A stretch of 52,056 nt of DNA from NCBI GenBank assembly GCA_036985755.1, contig BTQG01000003.1:1-52056 (forward strand), given 5' to 3'. Positions within the stretch are counted from its first letter, which is position 1. Each line of letters opens with the position of its first letter. Origin of the DNA: Acidimicrobiia bacterium (GTDB lineage Bacteria; Actinomycetota; Acidimicrobiia; Spongiisociales; UBA5794). Position numbers and translations under genes: made by a program. The notes below the pieces were generated by a model. That model worked only from the letters and a program-made list of their open reading frames with translations, ran no database searches and was not told where the DNA came from. This document shows positions 36,827 to 44,870 of this stretch, one piece after another.

Positions 36827-37129
36827 CTATTCGTCGAAGAGGCGGCGGATGGCGTCGTGGTCGCGCAACGCGTTGGTCATCATGTCATCGGTCGCTTCTT
36901 TCAAAGCCCGCAGGCGGCTCGATAGCAGCTCGAACTCGTCGCGAACCTCGGTGAGCCGCCGCACGGAACGATTCCGTTCCGCTTCATAGACCTGAGAGGC
37001 ACGTTGCTCGGCTTCGGACACGATCCTGTCCGCCTCAGCCTCGGCTACGGCGACGATCCGGCGCGCTTCGTTCCTCGCATCCTTGGTACCGAGCGTTTCC
37101 CCTGGCGCCGGTGACGACAGCAGTCTCAT
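36827..37129 (-). CDS. coiled-coil protein (DivIVA / ATP-synthase-b-like), first gene of the operon
   Basis: ATG 37129 has AGGAAGGA 6 nt upstream. The sequence contains ...KDARNEARRIVAVAEAEADRIVSEAEQRASQVYEAERNRSVRRLTEVRDEFELLSSRLRALKE... Product assignment is tentative. Confidence 0.6.
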   Translation of the reverse strand: MRLLSSPAPGETLGTKDARNEARRIVAVAEAEADRIVSEAEQRASQVYEAERNRSVRRLTEVRDEFELLSSRLRALKEATDDMMTNALRDHDAIRRLFDE

Positions 37130-37273
37130 GCGTCATCCTTCCTTGCGGTGCCCCCCACTCCCCTACCAGCCCTGGCACCAGTGTAGGACGACTGCGCTGC
37201 GCGGTCAATAGGGAGGTCTTCGACCACTATCTGCGCGCATCAGGCCCCCTCGGGGGCGGTCTACGATGCCCAG

Positions 37274-37948
37274 GTGACCTTTGTCGCCCAACTCGGCACC
37301 GGAGACTGCGAGGCGATTCGCCAGGAGTGGCTCAAACAACCAACGAACGCTTGGTCCAGTGTGGCGTTTGCCGTCGTCGGTCTCGCCGTGTTGACGAGCG
37401 CCCGGTCGGTGGATGGAGCCGAGCGAACCGATCGCGTCGTGTTTGGCTTGCTGCTGACGGCGACGGGAATCGGCAGCTTTCTGTTTCATGGGCTGCAGCC
37501 TGGTCCCGCCAATTTTCTCCACGACATCACGCTCCTGGCCGCCCTGTTGTTTCTGGTGGTCGTCAGCGCTGCCGGGGCGTTTGCGGCCAACCGGCACACG
37601 GTCGCTGCGGTTTTCCTCGGAGGTGTTGCCGTTTTTGCTCTTGCCCTGCTGGTCAGCCCGGGCATCACCAATGTGCTCACCGGCATCGTCATCATCCTGC
37701 TGATCGCTTCCGATGTCGCCATGTGGAGGCGTACCGAACCCAACCGCTCGTGGTATGCCGGGGCCGGTGCGGTGCTGGTCGCCGCCCTCGCCCTCAACTT
37801 TGCCGGGCGGACCGATGCTCCCTGGTGTGACTCGACCACCCTGCTCCAGCCACACGCAGGGTGGCATGTGCTTGCCGCGGTGTTCCTCGGCCTCTATTTC
37901 ATGGCCACCGCTCCGGCGAGAGAGAAATCCGAAACGGGGGTGTCGTGA
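37274..37948 (+). CDS. polytopic membrane protein (ceramidase/PAQR-like pattern)
   Basis: GTG start. The N-terminus is QPTNAWSSVAFAVVGLAVL, about 6-7 hydrophobic segments follow, and the C-terminus has HAGWHVLAAVFLGLYF. Family assignment is tentative. Confidence 0.7.
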   Translation: MTFVAQLGTGDCEAIRQEWLKQPTNAWSSVAFAVVGLAVLTSARSVDGAERTDRVVFGLLLTATGIGSFLFHGLQPGPANFLHDITLLAALLFLVVVSAAGAFAANRHTVAAVFLGGVAVFALALLVSPGITNVLTGIVIILLIASDVAMWRRTEPNRSWYAGAGAVLVAALALNFAGRTDAPWCDSTTLLQPHAGWHVLAAVFLGLYFMATAPAREKSETGVS

Positions 37949-38889
37949 CCGGCGCCGTGACCATCGACGATGTGCGAGCCGCCGCCGATCGGATCCGCCC
38001 CCACATCCATCGCACCCCGATCGTGACCTCGTCGGCGTTGGACGCCGCTGCCGGGGCCACGGTATTCGCCAAGGCGGAGAATCTTCAGAAAGTTGGTGCC
38101 TTCAAGGCCCGGGGTGCCACCAACGCCGTATTGCTGCTCGATGATGTCCCCGGCGTTGCGACCCACTCCAGCGGCAACCACGGCCAAGCGCTGGCCTACG
38201 CAGCAGGAATACGGGGCCTGCCCGCCTGGATCGCCATGCCCAGGACGGCCAATCCACTGAAGATCGCAGCGGTCCGCGGTTACGGTGCCGAGGTCGTGCT
38301 CTGCGACCACGCCGACCGTGAGCAGACCGCGCTGTCTCTGGTTGAAGAGAGGGGGGCGGTCCTGGTGCATCCGTTCGATGACGCCGATGTGATCGCCGGT
38401 CAGGGAACCGTCGCCCTGGAACTCACCGATCAGGTCGACGATCTCGACATCATCATCGCCCCCATCGGAGGCGGAGGACTGCTGGCCGGCACTGCGGTCG
38501 CTGCCATGGCGTCGCGACCCGCGATCACCGTGCTCGGCGCCGAGCCGTTTGCCGTCGACGACGCCTACCGCTCTCTGGCCTCCGGGGAGCGCCAGCCTGG
38601 TGCCGTCGACCCGCAAACGGTCGCCGACGGGCTACTGGTCGGGATGGGAGCCATGCCGTTCGACCTTCTCTCTGGGCTCGGGGTAGAGATCCTGCGCGTC
38701 GAAGAGGAGGACATTCTCGCCGCCGGCGCCTTCTTTCTCGAGAGAATGAAGCTGGTGGTCGAGCCATCGAGCGCCACCGCGTTGGCCGCCGTCTTCGCCT
38801 ACCCCGATCGTTTTGCCGGGCGCAGGGTCGGTCTCATCGTGAGCGGGGGAAACACCGATCTGACCTGGTATCGGCCGTCCAGCACGTAG
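37945..38889 (+). CDS. PLP-dependent threonine/serine dehydratase-family enzyme
   Basis: Trimmed to GTG 37945, which overlaps the upstream stop as GTGA. Motifs are KAENLQKVGAFKARGATNAV (PLP lysine), SSGNHGQALAYAA and PIGGGGLLAG. Confidence 0.9.
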   Translation: MTGAVTIDDVRAAADRIRPHIHRTPIVTSSALDAAAGATVFAKAENLQKVGAFKARGATNAVLLLDDVPGVATHSSGNHGQALAYAAGIRGLPAWIAMPRTANPLKIAAVRGYGAEVVLCDHADREQTALSLVEERGAVLVHPFDDADVIAGQGTVALELTDQVDDLDIIIAPIGGGGLLAGTAVAAMASRPAITVLGAEPFAVDDAYRSLASGERQPGAVDPQTVADGLLVGMGAMPFDLLSGLGVEILRVEEEDILAAGAFFLERMKLVVEPSSATALAAVFAYPDRFAGRRVGLIVSGGNTDLTWYRPSST

Positions 38890-38921
38890 TGCGGAATACA
38901 GGTTCGGTTCCAGATGCCGAG

Positions 38922-39710
38922 TTAGGAAATTCTCGACAGCTCGCTCAAAGCAGCGGCGAGCCGAGGACGGGCTGCGGCGAGCGCCGTAGAGGCCCGCGTC
39001 TCGCGGTCCCTCGCCGCGGCGAGCGCGGCACCTTGCCCCGTCGCCTCCGGCGATCCGGATTCGGCAGCGTGGGTCGCGTGGCGCGCATCGGATCGCTCGA
39101 TCGTTGCTGCGTACGTCTCTTTCAAGGAACCGACGGTGCTCTGAGCGGCACGCAGCGCCGGCGAGTTGGGACCCGCTGCCGCCTCCAATGCGTAGAGATC
39201 GGATGTGGCTGTGTCTATTCGAGTGCTGAGTTGGCCCCATATCCGAGCAGATTCGGCGTCCGTAGCGTCACCAGCGGTTCCCTCGAACTCGGCATCGCCA
39301 TGCCAGATCGCGAGCTGCTCGGTGAGGTTGTCGTACAGCCACCGCGACCCCGCATACCCGCTCTGAGCTTGGGTCCTCCACAGCGGCACCACCGGAGTCG
39401 CCGGCGTCTTCTTTCTCCTACCGGCGAACAGGGCGATGATCAGGATGGCCAGAGCGCCCAGAACGATCAGCAGCACCCACCACGGCGTGTCCCCGGTGTC
39501 GGTGTCCGGAGCCACCGTGGTTTCCGCAGGAGGGGCAGTCGTCTCCGGGGGCGCAGTCGTCTCCGGGGGCGCAGTCGTCTCCGGTGCGTCTGGGGTGGTC
39601 GGCTCCACGGTGGGGCCGGTGCCTCCTCCTGTATCACCGCAGCCGGCAACCACGCCACCGACGATCATCAGCACGGCAAAGACCAATCCGATTCGCACCC
39701 ACCTCGACAT
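38922..39710 (-). CDS. lipoprotein with Pro/Thr-rich repeats and an internal TM helix
   Basis: Trimmed to ATG 39710. MSRWVRIGLVFAVLMIVGGVVAGC is the signal peptide plus lipobox. (PETTAP)x3 is encoded by an 18-nt tandem repeat at 39535..39588. A TM helix WWVLLIVLGALAILIIALFAG-RRKK follows, then a 150-aa Ala-rich domain. Confidence 0.7.
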   Translation of the reverse strand: MSRWVRIGLVFAVLMIVGGVVAGCGDTGGGTGPTVEPTTPDAPETTAPPETTAPPETTAPPAETTVAPDTDTGDTPWWVLLIVLGALAILIIALFAGRRKKTPATPVVPLWRTQAQSGYAGSRWLYDNLTEQLAIWHGDAEFEGTAGDATDAESARIWGQLSTRIDTATSDLYALEAAAGPNSPALRAAQSTVGSLKETYAATIERSDARHATHAAESGSPEATGQGAALAAARDRETRASTALAAARPRLAAALSELSRIS

Positions 39711-39836
39711 GTCACCCCTTAGGATTCGAAGGCGCCGCAGTGTATGGAGCGAAGCTCGCCAACTGCGAACCAGAAGGTTCCCTGGAGACGCCTCGGCCAT
39801 GGCTGCCGAGGCGACCGTCGGCAATCGATACGCGCC

Positions 39837-41003
39837 CTACACAGCCCCCGGCATCCAGTCGCTGAGTTGGAAGGTCTTCCTGGTGGTCACTGCGTGCTCC
39901 ATCACTTCGTCCGGGACATCGGCAACCGATCGGGCAACGGCGGCTTCGCCGGCGCCGGTAGCTACGGGCTGCCCCTCCGACAGGTCGCATACCTCCCTGG
40001 CTCGAGCGGAGATCTCGGCGGTTCCGATCGCCCTTGCCCTGTCGATGATGGCCTCCTTCGGCATGCCGAGCAGCGGCCGGAGCAGAGGCGTCGGCGACTG
40101 GTTGGACACCGCCACCAGGTGTGGCAGCGTTTGGCTGGAGACCTGTCCCAGAGCGTCGCCGGTTACGAGCGCCTGGATGCCACGTTCCCCGGCGATCGTC
40201 GATGCCGCCCGAGCCATGAGAACCTTCAGCGCGACCTGCCGCATGCGCGGCGCGACGTGGCCGACGAGTGCGTCCCTCACCGGCTCGAAGTCGACCAGGT
40301 GCACGACGGGATCGGTGCCGTAACCCCACCGCTCCCACATCGATCGAGCAACTGCCAGCGCGTGATCTGATTGGGCACAGTTCAACGTGAAGTGCACGTA
40401 GTCGACCGGGCACCCGCGAGACATCATCATCCATGCCGCGACGATCGAATCGAACCCGCCGGAGACGAGGCCGAGCACGCGCCCTTGACTGCCAATGGGC
40501 AGACCACCTGGGCCCTTGTGGTGCTGGGCGATGAGGAATGCCCGGTCGTCGAGGACGGTGACGTTGACCCACTCGTCCGGGTCGTCGAGGTAGACCGTCC
40601 CGCCCGCCTCAACCAACAGCGCCCCGGCGCGTGAGGCCAGGTCGTACGACCGCCACTCATGCCGGCCACGGCGCTTGACCCGCACCCCGAACGTCTTGCC
40701 TCGCACCCGGTCGGCCGATCGCACCGCGATCTCCGCCGCCAGGGTGTCGAGGTCTTCGGCAGGCACCTCTTCGACGATATCGATCGAGGCGGTTCCGAAG
40801 ACCCTGGTCGCGACGTCGACGATGGCATCGCCGTTCCCATCCGGGAACAGCGCGAAACGATGCGTGCCGAGGCGCTCGACGGGCCCGTCATACCCGACGT
40901 TGTCGAGGGCTTCGCCCAGGTTGGCGAGCACGCGTTTGATCATCCGCGGCTGGGTGCGGCGAGATTTGAGAAAGATGTCCCCGGACAGGGTGATGTGGAT
41001 CAT
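39837..41003 (-). CDS. thiI: tRNA 4-thiouridine(8) synthase ThiI (no rhodanese domain)
   Basis: An N-terminal ferredoxin-like/THUMP part is followed by the PP-loop motif GLVSGGFDS. Length 388 aa. Confidence 0.9.
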   Translation of the reverse strand: MIHITLSGDIFLKSRRTQPRMIKRVLANLGEALDNVGYDGPVERLGTHRFALFPDGNGDAIVDVATRVFGTASIDIVEEVPAEDLDTLAAEIAVRSADRVRGKTFGVRVKRRGRHEWRSYDLASRAGALLVEAGGTVYLDDPDEWVNVTVLDDRAFLIAQHHKGPGGLPIGSQGRVLGLVSGGFDSIVAAWMMMSRGCPVDYVHFTLNCAQSDHALAVARSMWERWGYGTDPVVHLVDFEPVRDALVGHVAPRMRQVALKVLMARAASTIAGERGIQALVTGDALGQVSSQTLPHLVAVSNQSPTPLLRPLLGMPKEAIIDRARAIGTAEISARAREVCDLSEGQPVATGAGEAAVARSVADVPDEVMEHAVTTRKTFQLSDWMPGAV

Positions 41004-41080
41004 TGCGTCACATGGTCAACGGTCGAGGGTCCATGCCAGTGTACGCAACGGCGGCGGTTTCTGGCCGCGTTGCGCCTCGT

Positions 41081-43027
41081 TCACATCCAGCGCGGAGACG
41101 TCGTCACCTCGACGAGTGCAGGGCCGTCGGTCACCGCCAGTGCTTCGCTCAGCTTTGATTCGAGATCTGCGGGATCGTCGACTCTAAACCCTCGCCCGCC
41201 GCACAACTCGGCGTAGGCGGCGAAATCTGGATTCACCAGCCCGGTCTGCCAAACGGGGCGCAGTGCCGATACCTGCTCCCTGCTGATCTTTGCCAGCTCA
41301 TCGTTGTTGAGCACGATGTGCAGGATCTGCATCCCGTATTTGACCGCCGTCGTGAACTCGGCCAGATATTGACCGAGGCCACCATCTCCCGAGATCGAGA
41401 TCACCTTCCTGTGGTCCCCAACGGCGGCCCACGCCCCCAGCGCCGCGGGCAGGGCAAAACCGATCGATCCAAGGTACCCCGACATCAGCACGTCTTGCTC
41501 GCCGTGACACTCGAAATAGTGCCCGAAGGCGTAGGTGTTGTTCCCAACATCGACGGCGAGCACCGCATCGTCGGGGACAAGACCGTCGAGAACCCCGAAG
41601 AGCCGGGCAGGATGCATACGACCGTCGGCGTCGACGAGCCCCGCTCTTCGTTCCTTCTCTGTACGCCACAGCGCCCAGCGGTGGGCCAGCCTCGCTCGTC
41701 GCTCGGGACGCTCGGTCGCGGGAACCGTTTCGCGCAGCGCGGTCACCGTGCTCCGGATATCTCCCCATACTGCGACCTCGACCGGGTGAAACTTGCCGAG
41801 CGTTCCCCGGTCGAAGTCGACCTGGATCGTCCGCTTCTTCTCCGAGATACCGGTGTGGTGCGCGAACGAGGCGCCGAGGACCAGCAGTACGTCGGCATGA
41901 CCCATGGCGGCCGCAGCAACCCTGGTTCCCGACCGTCCCAGGGTCCCGGTGGCGAGTGGATGGTCGTCGGCGACCAGGCCCTTCGCCTTGAAGGTGGTGA
42001 TGAGCGGAGCGTCGAGATGCTCGGCCAACGCGATCACATCGCTTCGAGACTGCCGTGCCCCGTTTCCGGCGATGATCACCGGGCGCTCGGACCCGGCGAG
42101 CAGCTCCACCGCCCGAGCCAATTCGGTTTCTGGTGGTCGGATCGTGGAGTTGGCGACCCTTCCCGCCATGGGCCGGGGCGGTGGATCGACAAGTCCCTTC
42201 ATCTCCTGAACCTCGTCGGGAAAGATCAGATGAGCGACGGACCGGTCGACGATCGCATGTTTGAGCGCAAGTGCCATCAGCTCGGTCGCGTTCGACGGAG
42301 TCAGCACCGTCTGGCTCCACCCGGCCACGGCGGCGAAGGCCTCCGACAGGGGTATCTCCTGGAAAGCGCCGGGGCCCAGTACCTGGGTGTTGACCTGGCC
42401 GGTGAGGGCAATGGTCGGCGAGCGGTCGACGTTGGCGTCCCAAAGACCGGTCAGCAGGTTGGTGGCCCCCGGGCCTGCAATAGAGAAACAGACTGCGGGG
42501 CGCCCGGTCAGCTTGCCGTACGCGGAGGCGGCAAAGGCGGCAGCACCTTCGTGCCGAATGGCGAAGAAGGTCAACCGGCCGTCTGCTTCGGCTTTGCGGA
42601 AGGCGTCGGCGAGACCCAGATTCGAATGACCGACCATGCCGAACACGGTGTCGACGCCCCACTCGGTCAGGACATCGACCATCTGATCCATGAGGGTGGG
42701 CTCTTCATGAATCGTGGGAAGCTCGACGAAGACGCCACCGTCGCGCTGCTCGATGGCGTACGGTGTCGCCGCGTCATCGTATCCCTCGTCCGGAGCCTCT
42801 CCGGTGATCGGGTCGTACTCGTAACCGTGCCAGGGACAGATCACCCATCCGTCCTCGATCGTGCCCTCCCCCAGCGGCCCACCCTGGTGCGGGCAGCGGT
42901 TGTCGAGTGCGCCCAGCCCGCGTTCGATGCGAGCCAAACAAACGGCGCGGCCGCCGACGATGACCTCCGTCACCTCGTCGATCCTCAGATCCCCAACCTC
43001 GACCTCGTGCCAGGCCGTGTCGCTCAC
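41081..43027 (-). CDS. Rieske [2Fe-2S] domain fused to a pyruvate-oxidase/acetolactate-synthase-family ThDP enzyme
   Basis: Trimmed to GTG 43027. Residues about 1-105 carry CPHQGGPL...ICPWHGYEY (Rieske ligands). A full ThDP enzyme follows: VFGMVGHSNLGLADAF, RHEGAAAFAASAYGKLTGRPAVC, GAFQEIPL and the ThDP motif ISGDGGLGQY...LHIVLNND. Confidence 0.88.
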   Translation of the reverse strand: MSDTAWHEVEVGDLRIDEVTEVIVGGRAVCLARIERGLGALDNRCPHQGGPLGEGTIEDGWVICPWHGYEYDPITGEAPDEGYDDAATPYAIEQRDGGVFVELPTIHEEPTLMDQMVDVLTEWGVDTVFGMVGHSNLGLADAFRKAEADGRLTFFAIRHEGAAAFAASAYGKLTGRPAVCFSIAGPGATNLLTGLWDANVDRSPTIALTGQVNTQVLGPGAFQEIPLSEAFAAVAGWSQTVLTPSNATELMALALKHAIVDRSVAHLIFPDEVQEMKGLVDPPPRPMAGRVANSTIRPPETELARAVELLAGSERPVIIAGNGARQSRSDVIALAEHLDAPLITTFKAKGLVADDHPLATGTLGRSGTRVAAAAMGHADVLLVLGASFAHHTGISEKKRTIQVDFDRGTLGKFHPVEVAVWGDIRSTVTALRETVPATERPERRARLAHRWALWRTEKERRAGLVDADGRMHPARLFGVLDGLVPDDAVLAVDVGNNTYAFGHYFECHGEQDVLMSGYLGSIGFALPAALGAWAAVGDHRKVISISGDGGLGQYLAEFTTAVKYGMQILHIVLNNDELAKISREQVSALRPVWQTGLVNPDFAAYAELCGGRGFRVDDPADLESKLSEALAVTDGPALVEVTTSPRWM

Positions 43028-43345
43028 GCGCCGCGGTATTCGTCGACGGTGACCTGGCGCTCGGTGCAGGCTGTTCGCGCAGAAGGCTCGCATCCGACAC
43101 CCAGTAGTTCGATCTCCGATGGGTTACGCGGCTCGGTCATCGGCCAGGGCCATGCCCGCCCTGTGAAAAATTCCGCAGGCGCCGGTGCCCACCCCATCCG
43201 ATCGGTCGCTATGAATTGCATGGGATGACGCTAGCGCTCCAACGGCCTGCTCCGTCCGGGGAGCCGATCTCGACGGGGATATACTGCGGCGACCGCGGCC
43301 TGGCGATGGTTCTTCGGGGCCGGCGGAGTCGAAACGAAGGGTCGC

Positions 43346-44641
43346 ATGGGACAGTCGATCAGAGTTCACCGCCGTGTCCAGGGCGACATCGCCGTATTCA
43401 GCGGCGACCGGTCGCTCACCGGACAAGACGGCGCCGGATATTTCGCAGCCGACGGCACGCCGGACGACGGGAAACTGTCGCACAAGGTGGCACAGCGGTT
43501 CTTCGACGTCGATCCTCAGATCGACTACGTATACGTCGCTTTCAACCACGTCATGGCGAGAAGGAACGAAGGCTGGGATGAAGACTCGCTGGAGGCCGGA
43601 TGCGAGACCCTCGAGGGGTTCTTCGTGTTCTACGACGGCCGGCTCCCCGACATCGACGCCCCCGTTGGTGGCATTGGTCGCGATGTCGAGATGGTCGCCC
43701 CGACCGGTGTCATCGCCGGAGTCCCCGACGAGGAGATCGATGCCCTCAGAACCGAGCACTACAACGCCACCATCAGCTACTTGGACAAGGTCCACGAGGA
43801 CCTCTGGATATTTCGCATCCAACCCGACTACGGCACGCTTGCCTACAAACCCGGGCAATACACCACCTTGGGGCTTGGCTTCTGGGAGCCACGGCTCGAC
43901 GATCAACACGAAGAGCTTGACGACGAGCAGTTGAGAAAGCTGGCACGGCGATCGTATTCGATCAGCAGCTCGATGATCGGGGACGACGGGGAGTTGCTCG
44001 ATCCCGCCGCCGAGACCGCCGTCGAGTTCTACGTGGTGCTTGTGGAGAGCGACTGGCAGGGGACGCCTGCCGTGCTGACGCCTCGTCTGTTCCTCAAAGA
44101 GGAGGGCGACCGGCTGTTCATCGGGCGCAAGGCTGCCGGTCGCTACCGGCTGGACAAGATCGACGACCCCACCGCCGACATCGTCCTGCTCTCCACCGGT
44201 ACCGGAGAGGCCCCAAACAATCGGATGACTCTCGAATTGCTACGGCAGGGACACCAGGGCCGCATCGTTGGGGTGTGCACGGCTCGTTATCTGCGAGACC
44301 TCGCCTACCTGGATACGCACCGCAAGCTGGCGGAGCGCTACGACAACTACGAATACATCCCGCTGACGACCCGCGAGGCGGAAAACGAGGGGCAGAAGGT
44401 GTACATCCAGGACCTGATCGAGTCCGGCGAGCTGCAGGAGATGACCGGCATCGGTCTCGACTCGGAGTCGACCCACGTCTTTCTGTGCGGCAACCCCTTG
44501 ATGATCGGCCTCCCCGAGTGGGACGACGACATCCCGACCTATCCCGAAACCCGTGGTGTCGTTGAGATCCTGTCCGAGCGCGGTTTCAGACTCGACCACG
44601 GCCGTTTCGTGGGCAACATCCATTACGAGGAGTATTGGTAA
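43346..44641 (+). CDS. ferredoxin-NADP+ reductase (Fpr-type) with a 130-aa N-terminal extension
   Basis: FNR motifs are RSYSISSS (FAD), LLSTGTGEAPNNRM (NADP), VFLCGNPLMI and the C-terminal YEEYW. The N-terminal about 95 aa (…KVAQRFFDVDPQIDYVYVAFNHVMARRNEGWDED…FFVFY) loosely resemble an Nfu/NifU-N domain; that call is tentative. Confidence 0.88.
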   Translation: MGQSIRVHRRVQGDIAVFSGDRSLTGQDGAGYFAADGTPDDGKLSHKVAQRFFDVDPQIDYVYVAFNHVMARRNEGWDEDSLEAGCETLEGFFVFYDGRLPDIDAPVGGIGRDVEMVAPTGVIAGVPDEEIDALRTEHYNATISYLDKVHEDLWIFRIQPDYGTLAYKPGQYTTLGLGFWEPRLDDQHEELDDEQLRKLARRSYSISSSMIGDDGELLDPAAETAVEFYVVLVESDWQGTPAVLTPRLFLKEEGDRLFIGRKAAGRYRLDKIDDPTADIVLLSTGTGEAPNNRMTLELLRQGHQGRIVGVCTARYLRDLAYLDTHRKLAERYDNYEYIPLTTREAENEGQKVYIQDLIESGELQEMTGIGLDSESTHVFLCGNPLMIGLPEWDDDIPTYPETRGVVEILSERGFRLDHGRFVGNIHYEEYW

Positions 44642-44663
44642 AGCTTCGCTTTACCAATACTCC

Positions 44664-44690
44664 GGTATCACGTATTACGCAATACGGTCC
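44664..44690. repeat. TACGT-family element, copy C (degenerate, inverted relative to copy D)
   Basis: The sequence is ggtatcacgtattacgcaatacggtcc. It contains ACGTATTACG, the reverse complement of CGTAATACGT in copy D. It ends 2 nt from the tRNA-Leu 3' end. Confidence 0.75.
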
Positions 44691-44691
44691 G

Positions 44692-44775
44692 TGTCGGAGA
44701 GAAGACTCGAACTTCCACGGGATTTCTCCCACATGGCCCTCAACCATGCGCGTCTACCAATTCCGCCACTCCGAC
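44692..44775 (-). tRNA. tRNA-Leu (anticodon GAG), class II with long variable arm
   Basis: The reverse complement reads GTCGGAG-TG-GCGGAATTGGTAGACGC-G-CATGG-TTGAGGG-CCATG-TGGGAGAAATCCCGT-GGAAG-TTCGAGT-CTTCT-CTCCGAC-A. It has a 7-bp acceptor stem and a D-arm nearly identical to E. coli tRNA-Leu. The anticodon loop is TT-GAG-GG. Also present are a variable arm stem-loop and a TTCGAGT T-loop. CCA is not encoded. Confidence 0.9.
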
Positions 44776-44785
44776 ATGGCCAGCA

Positions 44786-44791
44786 ACTATA
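44786..44791 (-). promoter_or_regulatory. candidate -10 box (TATAGT) for tRNA-Leu
   Basis: The minus strand reads ...ggtctcggTATAGTtgctggccat|GTCGGAG. The hexamer ends 10 nt before the mature tRNA 5' end. No good -35 box was seen. Confidence 0.35.
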
Positions 44792-44842
44792 CCGAGACCG
44801 GATTGACAGTCCCCGGCGCAACCCACCGAATCGCGACGGATT

Positions 44843-44870
44843 CGTAATACGTTGTACGTAATACGGGTCC
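44843..44870. repeat. TACGT-rich 22-mer, copy D, followed by the palindrome GGTCCTAGGACC
   Basis: cgtaatacgttgtacgtaatac (44843..44864) matches copy B at 21 of 22 positions. The 12-nt palindrome ggtcctaggacc starts within this span, runs slightly past 44870, and contains the TAG stop of the ABC ATPase gene. Confidence 0.9.

Noticed and set aside
39721-39735. tRNA-like T-loop string (aggattcgaaggcgc)
   Set aside because: The flanking bases cannot form a T-stem or an acceptor stem on either strand. No cloverleaf is possible.
39712-40572. 286-aa minus-strand ORF and 208-aa plus-strand ORF (39744..40370)
   Set aside because: These are an alternative frame and an antisense frame of thiI, whose PP-loop (SGGFDS) and THUMP region lie in the reported frame. 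The compositions are junk-like.
41318-43228. 636-aa plus-strand ORF, and the 454-aa minus-strand alternative frame at 41298..42662
   Set aside because: Both overlap the Rieske-ThDP gene, which carries coherent cofactor motifs in its own frame. Both translations are Arg/Gly/Pro-rich nonsense.
44802-44807. Perfect TTGACA on the plus strand as a promoter -35 box
   Set aside because: No acceptable -10 box lies 16-18 nt downstream (CCGAAT). The only plus-strand target would be antisense to the ABC ATPase gene.
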